In this document: positions 36,170 through 44,018 of the stretch, one piece after another
Layout: every line of letters starts with the position of its first letter
How positions within the stretch are numbered: the first letter of the stretch is position 1
Source: Candidatus Omnitrophota bacterium
GTDB lineage: Bacteria; Omnitrophota; Gorgyraeia; Gygaellales; Profunditerraquicolaceae
Direction of reading: 5' to 3'
NCBI GenBank assembly: GCA_041649115.1
Contig: JBAZNT010000004.1
Location: forward strand, 23,466-87,465
DNA length: 64,000 nucleotides
The notes under the pieces: model-generated
What the model was told of the DNA's origin: nothing
Seen by the model: the letters and a program-made list of their open reading frames with translations, nothing else
The model's database searches: none
Position numbers and translations under genes: made by a program

Positions 36170-37354
36170 ATGAAGAGAATATTTTTAGTTCTGGCAGCCA
36201 TGTTTTTAGCATTACCGACCTGTCTTTTATCGGCAGAGACCTCGTCCGAGACATCCAAGGAGGGGTCTTCCGCCGTAACCCTGGCACCCAAGGAGTTCGT
36301 TATTTACAATGATAAAAACTCCAGGGATAATCATTACATACCTTCGGGATTTATGGGCGATGTCGGAGACATCAAGCTTAATGACCAATACATGGCCGAT
36401 CCTCATAGCGGCCCTACCGGCATTGAGTTTGTATACACTGCGAAAAACAGCCAGGGGCAGGGGTGGGTAGGGGTTTACTGGCAGAATCCCGCAAATAACT
36501 GGGGAACGAGAAAGGGCGGTTTCGACCTTAGCGGCATGACCAAGCTTACCTTTTGGGCAAAGGGCGCCAAAGGGGGCGAGGTCGTCAGGGAATTTATGGT
36601 CGGAGGCATCAAGGGGACCTATCCCGATACCACGCTAGTTAAGTTCGGCCCGGTTGAACTCACCGACACCTGGAAGCAATATACGATTAATCTCGCCGGA
36701 AATGATTTGAGCTATATCAGCGGCGCATTCGGCTGGGTTACCACCTCTGATTTAAACCCCCAGGGTGCTACCTTTTATCTGGATGATATCAAATTCGAGG
36801 CCGACCCCGCCATGAAACCCGAGGGTCATAAGGTAGAGAATATGCCTTTTTACGTCTACGCCGACAGGAATTCCATAACTAACCATTTTACTCCTTCAGG
36901 GTTTATGGGCAGTTACGGCGACATCAAGATTGATATCGCATCCAATACGGATCCTTATCTCGGCAACAGCTGCATTAAAATGGTATATACCGCCAAGGCC
37001 GTTCAAGGGGTACGCTGGGCAGGGGTTTACTGGCAGAATCCCCCTAATAACTGGGGTACTGTTGATGCCGGTTTTGACCTTTCCCGCGCTAATCAACTTA
37101 GCTTCTGGGCGCGCGGAGAAAAGGGCGGAGAGAGGATTGAGGAGTTTAAGATCGGCGGTATCATGGGAGAATATTCCGATTCCGATTCCGCCAGCATAGG
37201 TCCGGTGATATTAAACAAGGAATGGACGCAGTATACCATTGACTTAAGGGGTAAGGACATGTCATATATTATAGGAGGTTTCTGCTGGGTTACCAACGCC
37301 GATGTCAACCCCGAAGGAGCGACTCTCTATCTGGATGAAATCAAATACGAATAA
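36170..37354 (+). CDS. Secreted protein with two tandem ~170-aa CBM-like beta-sandwich domains
   Basis: Signal peptide MKRIFLVLAAMFLALPTCLLSA. There is an internal duplication: ...NHYIPSGFMGDVGDIKL...GVYWQNPANNWGT...ATFYLDDIKFE is followed by ...NHFTPSGFMGSYGDIKI...GVYWQNPPNNWGT...ATLYLDEIKYE. Confidence 0.6.
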   Translation: MKRIFLVLAAMFLALPTCLLSAETSSETSKEGSSAVTLAPKEFVIYNDKNSRDNHYIPSGFMGDVGDIKLNDQYMADPHSGPTGIEFVYTAKNSQGQGWVGVYWQNPANNWGTRKGGFDLSGMTKLTFWAKGAKGGEVVREFMVGGIKGTYPDTTLVKFGPVELTDTWKQYTINLAGNDLSYISGAFGWVTTSDLNPQGATFYLDDIKFEADPAMKPEGHKVENMPFYVYADRNSITNHFTPSGFMGSYGDIKIDIASNTDPYLGNSCIKMVYTAKAVQGVRWAGVYWQNPPNNWGTVDAGFDLSRANQLSFWARGEKGGERIEEFKIGGIMGEYSDSDSASIGPVILNKEWTQYTIDLRGKDMSYIIGGFCWVTNADVNPEGATLYLDEIKYE

Positions 37355-38642
37355 AAAGATAGCCTCCGGCTCTAATTCGCCGGTTACCGTAAAAGGAGCC
37401 GCAAGCCGTAAGTTGCCCTTGCTTGCGGCTTCTTGTTTGGTGCTTTTCCTTTTCGCCTTAGGAATGGCTTCCAGGCCCAAGCCCGCGGTTTGGATTAAGA
37501 AATTTAAAGGCAGCCGTTATGAATTAATGGCAGCAGGCAAGCCTTATGTCGTAAAAGGGGTCTGCTATAATCCTATTCCTATCGGCAAGGGGCAGGATTA
37601 TGACTGGTGGTCAGATCCCAACAAGCCCTGGTTGACAGACGGCAGGTTGATGCAGGAGATGGGCGTTAATACCGTGCGCATATACAAGGCAGGCAATAAC
37701 CCCGAGAGCGTCAAGAAGGTCATCAGCGATATGTATGATATTTACGGCATACGCACCATTATGGGGCACTGGCTGGGTTTTTGGGAATATCCCTGCCCTC
37801 TTTACGGCGGGAAGGAATTTCAGGAGAAGGTCAAGAAAGAGGTCCTTGAGATGGTCAGCCTCTATAAGGATGAGCCAGGCATACTCATGTGGATCCTGGG
37901 TAATGAGAATAATTATTCCTGTTTCGGACAGGTCAACCCCTGGTCCACCGATGAAATAGATAAGGAGACCGACCCCGCGAAGCAGAACCTGATGCGCGCC
38001 AGGGTGTATTATTCTTTCGTCAATGATCTGGCGGCTGAAATACACAAGATTGACCCTGATCACCCGGTGGCCCTGGGTAACGGTGAGCTTCTGGGGCTGG
38101 AGGTCGCTGGCGAGGTCTCGCCCGAGATAGACGTGGTGGCATGTATTATTTATCGCGGCAAGAGCTTCGGCAATATCTTCAATTCCCTGAAAAACATCTT
38201 TGACCGCCCGATCCTCATCTCTGAATTCGGAGCAGACAGCTACGACGCGTATCTGGGCAAAGAGGATCAGAACATGCAGGCATTCTTCCTTGAGGCGCAG
38301 TGGAGGCAGATTTATCAGAACCTCGCTGCCACCAAGGGCGGCGCGGGTAACTGCATCGGAGGCGCGATGTTCGAATGGACGGATGAATGGTGGAAGCATA
38401 ACGAGTATTATGCCGATGGATGGAGCCTCCATGATTGCGAATCCAATTGGTCCAACCCCAGTTATTACTTTGACATCAAGGCCAACAGCAATAAGAATAT
38501 GAATGAGGAGTGGTTTGGTATTGTGGAATTGTCAAAAGAGGACGAATCCGGGCTGGATAGGCGCATTCCCCGCAAGGCCTATTATCTAATCAGGGAATTC
38601 TGGAAGAATCCGGCTCTCGCCGATACCCCCCGTAAAAAATGA
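37335..38642 (+). CDS. Membrane-anchored/secreted clan GH-A glycoside hydrolase, paralog of 33732-36059
   Basis: KPYVVKGVCYNP, GVNTVRIYKAG, WILGNENNYS, ILISEFGADSY, GGAMFEWTDEWWK. ATG 37335 (MKSNTNKK...) is preferred. The ORF-track start 37302 lies inside the preceding CDS. Confidence 0.6.
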   Translation: MKSNTNKKIASGSNSPVTVKGAASRKLPLLAASCLVLFLFALGMASRPKPAVWIKKFKGSRYELMAAGKPYVVKGVCYNPIPIGKGQDYDWWSDPNKPWLTDGRLMQEMGVNTVRIYKAGNNPESVKKVISDMYDIYGIRTIMGHWLGFWEYPCPLYGGKEFQEKVKKEVLEMVSLYKDEPGILMWILGNENNYSCFGQVNPWSTDEIDKETDPAKQNLMRARVYYSFVNDLAAEIHKIDPDHPVALGNGELLGLEVAGEVSPEIDVVACIIYRGKSFGNIFNSLKNIFDRPILISEFGADSYDAYLGKEDQNMQAFFLEAQWRQIYQNLAATKGGAGNCIGGAMFEWTDEWWKHNEYYADGWSLHDCESNWSNPSYYFDIKANSNKNMNEEWFGIVELSKEDESGLDRRIPRKAYYLIREFWKNPALADTPRKK

Positions 38643-40315
38643 AAAGACCTTTATCTAAAGCCGTCATCCTTGCCTTGTTTTTCTTAGTCTGCCTTCCTGC
38701 CACGGCACTCGCATTAGACAGCCAGCAGCAAAAGAAGGCGGGCCTCTTAGTAACAGAGATAAACAAAACCAAAGACAATGCTAAGCGTTACGCCCTATTT
38801 AATGAACTGGGGGAGCTTTATTTTAATAATAGCGATTTCAACGGCTTTATTACGGCGTTATCCTCTGTAGGCGACGGAGGCAAGGAGTCGGCATTATGGA
38901 GCGATTATTATACTGCCCTTGCCCGTTACAGGCAATTAAAGTACCTGGAGGAGAACCAGCTATGGGAGGAGTATTTTGCAAACCAGAATTCCTGGCGTAG
39001 TCAGATAACCGATTCTATCGCCAAGGTGCTTGGCGGGACTACCACAGTTGACCCCTTGCGTATCTTAAGCCGTCTCCTGCTCTGGAGGTTCTATCAGGAC
39101 CAGCAGGACCCGGCTAGAGAATTGCAGCTTTCGGGATTAATGGCTGAAGCTGGAGAATATGCCGCCGCCGGCTCCTCCGATGCCAGAGTGATAAAGACCG
39201 CGGCAGATGAGCTTTCATCCTACAACGAAAAAGGAAACGCCCGCCAGTTATATAAATTATACGTTTCCAAAGTCGTCTCCCCCGGAGAGGACAGCGGGGA
39301 AATAAAAAAGGTGGCCCTGGATTTCTACAGCCACGGTAACCTGGAGTTGGCAGAGACCGTTTACGATACTTATATGGAAAGGATAGTAGGGGCAGAAGGT
39401 GTTAAGGCTGTCCCGGAGCTGATTGAGATCGCAAGGCAATTTTCATACGGCGACAACAAGCCCGGCGATCCTTTTTATTCCGAGAAGGTCTTTGCCAAGA
39501 TAGAAGAACTGGCAGGTAAAGGGGCCTTTGATGAGAGGCTGATGTATCTTCGCGCCTTCAACCTGGAAAAGGGGAGGGATTTCCTGGCGGCCAAGGATAG
39601 ATATAGGGATTTTGCGGACTCTTTTCCGGATAGCCCAGAAAATAACGAGGCGCAGTATAAATTGGGAATTATCACCACATATATCATGCGCGACATCTCC
39701 GGAGGCAGGGGTTATTTTACAAAATTATCCGAAAGCGATAAGGTCAGCCCGCAGGCAATCTCGGCTATCTATCAGCTGGGGCTTCTGGCGCAGTGGGAGG
39801 GCAAGAATGAAGAAGCCCGACGCTATTACCTGGCTCTTAAAGATAAGGCCGGGGATGGGTTCAAAGAGACAGTGGGTCTTGCCAGCGAGAGGATCTCCGA
39901 ATTAGACGAATCCAGGCCGATGGAGTATAACCTCAAGACCTTCATAGATGTTTCGTTAAAACCGCAGGATGCCCAAACTGACCGCGCTAAATTTGAATTG
40001 AGCTGCCATCCTTACCGCAGCCTCAAAAACCAAGATGTCAATATAAGCTCTTCTTATTATTACGGAGACAACGGATGCCTGCAGCCGGAATTCCAGTATC
40101 TCTGGTCAGGGCACCTGGGAGCTTATCATGATACGGCCAAGGATTCATCCGCAACCGCGGATACCTGGGGGTTGACCAAGCCTGATACCGCTCAACCCGC
40201 TTTTGCTACCCAGTACATCCACAACGGAAGCAAGGAGGTTAACCTGGTAATAGTCTCCGCTAGCGGAGTTGTTGACCGTAATCTGGATATCGTGGATGTT
40301 TACGATTCCCCATAA
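38639..40315 (+). CDS. Secreted TPR-like repeat protein
   Basis: Signal peptide MKRPLSKAVILALFFLVCLPATALA and repeated helical A/Y/L-rich TPR-like units (e.g. EAQYKLGIITTYIMRD, AIYQLGLLAQWEGKNEEARRYY). Confidence 0.5.
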   Translation: MKRPLSKAVILALFFLVCLPATALALDSQQQKKAGLLVTEINKTKDNAKRYALFNELGELYFNNSDFNGFITALSSVGDGGKESALWSDYYTALARYRQLKYLEENQLWEEYFANQNSWRSQITDSIAKVLGGTTTVDPLRILSRLLLWRFYQDQQDPARELQLSGLMAEAGEYAAAGSSDARVIKTAADELSSYNEKGNARQLYKLYVSKVVSPGEDSGEIKKVALDFYSHGNLELAETVYDTYMERIVGAEGVKAVPELIEIARQFSYGDNKPGDPFYSEKVFAKIEELAGKGAFDERLMYLRAFNLEKGRDFLAAKDRYRDFADSFPDSPENNEAQYKLGIITTYIMRDISGGRGYFTKLSESDKVSPQAISAIYQLGLLAQWEGKNEEARRYYLALKDKAGDGFKETVGLASERISELDESRPMEYNLKTFIDVSLKPQDAQTDRAKFELSCHPYRSLKNQDVNISSSYYYGDNGCLQPEFQYLWSGHLGAYHDTAKDSSATADTWGLTKPDTAQPAFATQYIHNGSKEVNLVIVSASGVVDRNLDIVDVYDSP

Positions 40316-40345
40316 ACCCCTTAAATCCTTACTTCTTAAAAATAC

Positions 40346-40380
40346 TTGACTTATATTATATTTAATAGTATAAATAAGTC
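40346..40380 (+). promoter_or_regulatory. Promoter of the ROK regulator gene overlapped by an imperfect palindrome (candidate operator)
   Basis: TTGACT (40346-40351), 17 nt spacer, TATAAA (40369-40374). The palindrome GACTTATATTATA...TATAAATAAGTC (40348-40380) spans both hexamers. Confidence 0.5.
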
Positions 40381-40418
40381 TTAATTAAGGCTATTTTTCA
40401 AAAAAATAATTCTGCCGG

Positions 40419-41654
40419 ATGAGGAATATCGACCTGCAAAAACAGGAATTCAGCGAAAAGGAACGACGCAACATCAGGATTCTCGAAATCCTCAGGAAAA
40501 AAGGCCCTATTAGCCGGCCGGACATCTCCAAGGAAATAGGAATAAACGTAGTCACCGTCTCCAATTACATCGACGACTTCCTGAAGAACAAGCTTGTTTA
40601 TGAAAAGGAGCTTGATGTATCCGAAGGAGGGAGGCGCCCCACCTTAATAGAACTCAACCCCCACGGCGGATACATTATAGGCGTAGGGTTAAACCTTATG
40701 AATATGGTCGGCCTCTTGGTGGACCTTAAAGGGAATATCCTTACCAAGACCCAGATCGCCAGGCCCCGCGCTAACGTCAAGGAGATTGCGGAGTGCGTGC
40801 TGGAGATTATCCGCGAGATCCTTAAGCGCTCCAAGCAGTACACTGCTAATATCAAGGGCATCGGGGTCGGCATCGCCGGTCTCATCAATAAAAAAGACGG
40901 CTCCATCCACTGGCCGCAGAGGATGGACCATTACTACACCTATGCCTCGGTTGACCTTTCGTTGGCCGAGCTTATCGAGAAGGAATTCGACCTGCCGGTT
41001 TTGATCGAGAATGACGCCACCTGCGCCTGCTTCGGAGAGCAATGGATGGACGTGGAGCGTGAATTCAGAAATGTCATTTATATGTTTTCCGGGGTAGGCT
41101 GTGGTATAATCATTAACGGAGAAATCTACACCGGTACCAACGGTTATGCGGGAGAGGTCTCCATTTATAATTACCGCGAGGACGACCTTTTTAATTGCAA
41201 GCCAGGCAATAACTGCTTCCTGAAACGCTGGGAGGCCGACCTCGGGATAACAGAGGATTTAAAGACGGTATTCTCCCGCGACCATAGAGCTGCGGAGAAG
41301 TTTTTTAAGTTGACATCGGTCGACGCGACCAGGCTTGAACTTAAGACAATCTTAAGCGCATCCCAGGAGAACGACCCTTCATCGGTTGCGGCATTAGAGA
41401 GGGCTGCTAAGAGGTTAGGCATTAAGGTTGCTTACCTCGTGAATCTACTGAACCCCGAAACAGTCATTATCGGAGGCGGCCTGGAATATGCCGGAGAGAG
41501 ATTCCTGGAGACGGTCAATTCCACTGTCAGGGATTGGGCGTTCAGGGAAGAGACGCAGGACCTAAGGATCATTTATTCGGCCCTCAAGGAGAACGCCGTG
41601 GCAGTGGGGGCGGCAAGCCTGGTAGCCCAGAAGATATTCGCGCGCCTGCTATAA
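40419..41654 (+). CDS. ROK-family transcriptional regulator (NagC/Mlc/XylR type: N-terminal wHTH plus ROK sugar-kinase fold)
   Basis: N-terminal RNIRILEILRKKGPISRPDISKEIGINVVTVSNYI (HTH), then the ROK core GVGLNLM...GIGVGIAGLI...ENDATCACFGE...G.GCGIIINGE. Confidence 0.8.
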   Translation: MRNIDLQKQEFSEKERRNIRILEILRKKGPISRPDISKEIGINVVTVSNYIDDFLKNKLVYEKELDVSEGGRRPTLIELNPHGGYIIGVGLNLMNMVGLLVDLKGNILTKTQIARPRANVKEIAECVLEIIREILKRSKQYTANIKGIGVGIAGLINKKDGSIHWPQRMDHYYTYASVDLSLAELIEKEFDLPVLIENDATCACFGEQWMDVEREFRNVIYMFSGVGCGIIINGEIYTGTNGYAGEVSIYNYREDDLFNCKPGNNCFLKRWEADLGITEDLKTVFSRDHRAAEKFFKLTSVDATRLELKTILSASQENDPSSVAALERAAKRLGIKVAYLVNLLNPETVIIGGGLEYAGERFLETVNSTVRDWAFREETQDLRIIYSALKENAVAVGAASLVAQKIFARLL

Positions 41655-41675
41655 GTTAAGAGACAAGGAAGACTT

Positions 41676-42842
41676 ATGGAAGATAAGATGAAGTTTGTGG
41701 CAATAGGCCTGGCAGCAGCCTTATTAATCAGCATCTTTGCCAACTTCCAGAGTTGTAATTCCCGCAAGGCGGCGGAACTCGCCAGGGACGCCCTCAAAGA
41801 AGAAAACTCCTCTCTCTCCAAGAAGGTCAAGGAGAGCATCAAGGAAAAGAAAGAGATTGAAGAAAAGCTCGGCGCCTTGAAGGGCGAACTGGACAAACTT
41901 ACCAAGGAAAAGGATGACCTTGCTTCCCTCAGGGATGAACTTCAGAAGCAGTATGAGGCTCTTCTCAAGGAGAGGGATGCGATGCAGGAAAAATTAAAAG
42001 GCCAGATCGGCGAGGCCAGGGAGGGGTTAGCTGATAGCGCGTCTTCCAGGGAAGAGTCCTATTGGGCAAGGGTAATAAAGGAAAAGACCGACCTGTCGGT
42101 ACAGGTAGATAGCTTGCGCAGCGAATTGGAAAGGCTCAGGATTGCAAATGAGCAACTCAAGCGCGACAAAGATTCATTGGAGCTGGATTTGAAAAACCTT
42201 GACCGCGACAAGGAAGCCCTGGAGCAACAGGTTAAAGGGATGGATAGTATCAGCATAGACCTGGTAAGGGAAAAGAACTCCAAGATGAAAATCCAGGATG
42301 ACCTCACGGCTATCAAGAGGGAAAACTCTTCTTTGCGCAGACAACTAAGGTATATGGGCAGCCGTAAGACATACCTTGAGAATAAGCTGCAGAAGCTTCA
42401 GGAAGATAAGGAGTCGCTTCAGCGGCAGTTCGACGAAATGGGGACACTGCTGGAGAGTAAGATGTATCAGATGGGCGACGTCAAAGAGAAGCTCAAGGCT
42501 ATCCGCAGCGGAGAGGAATTAGAGACAAGCGAACCCAAGAAGGACTCCGTGGAGCTGCCGCCGATTGTGGTGCGGCCCGGCTCCGAGACGCCCGCTTCTG
42601 CCGGGCGCGTCTTGCCCGATACCCAGGGGATCGGCAGGATACTTGAGGTAAACCGCGAGAGTAAATTCGTTGTCATTGACCTGGGTGAAGATTACGGCTT
42701 AAAGATCGGCGATGCTTTCCATGTTTACCGCTCGGGAAAGTTAGTAGGGACTATTGAGGTAGTGCAGGCGCGTAAAGGCATTACTGCCTGCGACATCAAG
42801 GAAGAGAAAACCCCTATTAAGATAGGCGATATTATAAAGTAG
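41676..42842 (+). CDS. Membrane-anchored long coiled-coil protein with a small C-terminal beta domain
   Basis: N-terminal hydrophobic anchor FVAIGLAAALLISIFANF, about 250 aa of heptad-rich E/K/L sequence, and the C-terminus FVVIDLGEDYGLKIGDAFHVYRSGKLVGTIEVV...IKIGDIIK. Confidence 0.5.
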   Translation: MEDKMKFVAIGLAAALLISIFANFQSCNSRKAAELARDALKEENSSLSKKVKESIKEKKEIEEKLGALKGELDKLTKEKDDLASLRDELQKQYEALLKERDAMQEKLKGQIGEAREGLADSASSREESYWARVIKEKTDLSVQVDSLRSELERLRIANEQLKRDKDSLELDLKNLDRDKEALEQQVKGMDSISIDLVREKNSKMKIQDDLTAIKRENSSLRRQLRYMGSRKTYLENKLQKLQEDKESLQRQFDEMGTLLESKMYQMGDVKEKLKAIRSGEELETSEPKKDSVELPPIVVRPGSETPASAGRVLPDTQGIGRILEVNRESKFVVIDLGEDYGLKIGDAFHVYRSGKLVGTIEVVQARKGITACDIKEEKTPIKIGDIIK

Positions 42843-42860
42843 CAAAGCGTCTTCATATAA

Positions 42861-43892
42861 ATGACCCGCACTAAAAAACCAACCTCCGGTAAGGCAGCTT
42901 CCATCCATGATGTTGCCCGCTTAAGCGGGGTTTCCATCACCACGGTTTCGCGCGTCATCAATAAATTCCCTTCGGTCAAAGAAGCTAACCGCCGGCGGGT
43001 GTTAGAGGTGATGAAACAGCTTAAATACCAGCCCTCCAGCCTTGCGCAGCAGCTTGCCAGCGGCAGGAGCAATATCGTGGCCCTGGTGATACCGCGTTAT
43101 GAAGGCGTATTCTACTCTTTTTATGCCTTGGAGTTAATCCGCGGAATAGGCACGCTTTGCGAGGCCCTCAAGCTTGACCTTCTTCTCCACCTTACGGATA
43201 CGCGCACGCAGTTGAATCTGACGGGATTGGGAGGGGTGATATTTTCCGATATCATCGGCAACCGCTCCCAGGTGGAGGACGCCATTGCCAGCGGCATTCC
43301 CTGCATCGTTATTAATAATTACCCCAAAGACCTCCCGGTTAGCTGCATAACGGTGGATAACGTTGGAGGGGCCCTGGCTGCGGTGAATTACCTGGTCAGC
43401 CTCGGCCATAAGAAAATAGCGCATATCAGCGGCGACTTGGTTACCCAGGCAGCAGCACAGCGTTTTGAGGGGTACAAGAAGGCCCTCGATAAGAATAACA
43501 TCATTTTCAAGGAGGAATTGGTTTTTAAAACTGATTACTCGCGCGGCCAGGCGCGCCAGGCAGCAGAGGCCATCTTGAAGATGAAGGAGCCTCCCAGCGC
43601 GGTGTTTGTAGCTTCGGACTCCATGGCCCTGGAGGTGATGGCGGTAGCAAGAGAGATGGCAAGGGAGATACCGCGCGACTTGTCCATTGTCGGATTTGAC
43701 GATAATCCCTCCGGACTCTACGGGCCGGTTGCCCTGACCACCGTAAAACAGCCCTTGATAAAAATGGCAGAGGAGAGCGTTAAGGAATTATACAATATCA
43801 TGAATTCCAAAAGCAAGGATAACGGTCCCAAAAAGAGAATCCTGCCGACGGAATTAGTGATACGGGAGTCCTGCCGCCCATTCGGGAAATAA
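42861..43892 (+). CDS. LacI-family transcriptional regulator
   Basis: N-terminal HTH ASIHDVARLSGVSITTVSRVINKFPSVKEANRRRV plus a periplasmic-binding-protein-like sugar-binding core. Confidence 0.85.
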   Translation: MTRTKKPTSGKAASIHDVARLSGVSITTVSRVINKFPSVKEANRRRVLEVMKQLKYQPSSLAQQLASGRSNIVALVIPRYEGVFYSFYALELIRGIGTLCEALKLDLLLHLTDTRTQLNLTGLGGVIFSDIIGNRSQVEDAIASGIPCIVINNYPKDLPVSCITVDNVGGALAAVNYLVSLGHKKIAHISGDLVTQAAAQRFEGYKKALDKNNIIFKEELVFKTDYSRGQARQAAEAILKMKEPPSAVFVASDSMALEVMAVAREMAREIPRDLSIVGFDDNPSGLYGPVALTTVKQPLIKMAEESVKELYNIMNSKSKDNGPKKRILPTELVIRESCRPFGK

Positions 43893-43938
43893 TACAACTT
43901 ATTGTATATTAAGGAAGCTTGCCTACCAGATATTGTAT
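43892..43938 (+). promoter_or_regulatory. Two NrdR-box-like sites upstream of nrdJ
   Basis: ATACAACTTATTGTAT (43892-43907; palindromic arms ATACAA/TTGTAT; 12/16 matches to acaCwAtATaTwGtgt) and CTACCAGATATTGTAT (43923-43938; 10/16). The centres are 31 bp apart, the spacing typical of tandem NrdR boxes. Confidence 0.4.
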
Positions 43939-43945
43939 TTTTTTG

Positions 43946-43974
43946 TTGACAAACATCGCGAGAGCATTTATACT
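43946..43974 (+). promoter_or_regulatory. Sigma70 promoter of nrdJ
   Basis: TTGACA (43946-43951), exactly 17 nt spacer, TATACT (43969-43974), about 45 nt upstream of ATG 44019. Confidence 0.65.
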
Positions 43975-44018
43975 TTTCTGTATCGGTCATCAATCAACAT
44001 TTTAACTTGGAGCCCGCC

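Noticed and set aside
43893-44018. Expectation of a cobalamin riboswitch upstream of the B12-dependent nrdJ
   Set aside because: The leader between the -10 (43974) and the ATG (44019) is only ~45 nt. No B12-box-like element or multi-stem structure is visible, and the region is too short for the riboswitch.
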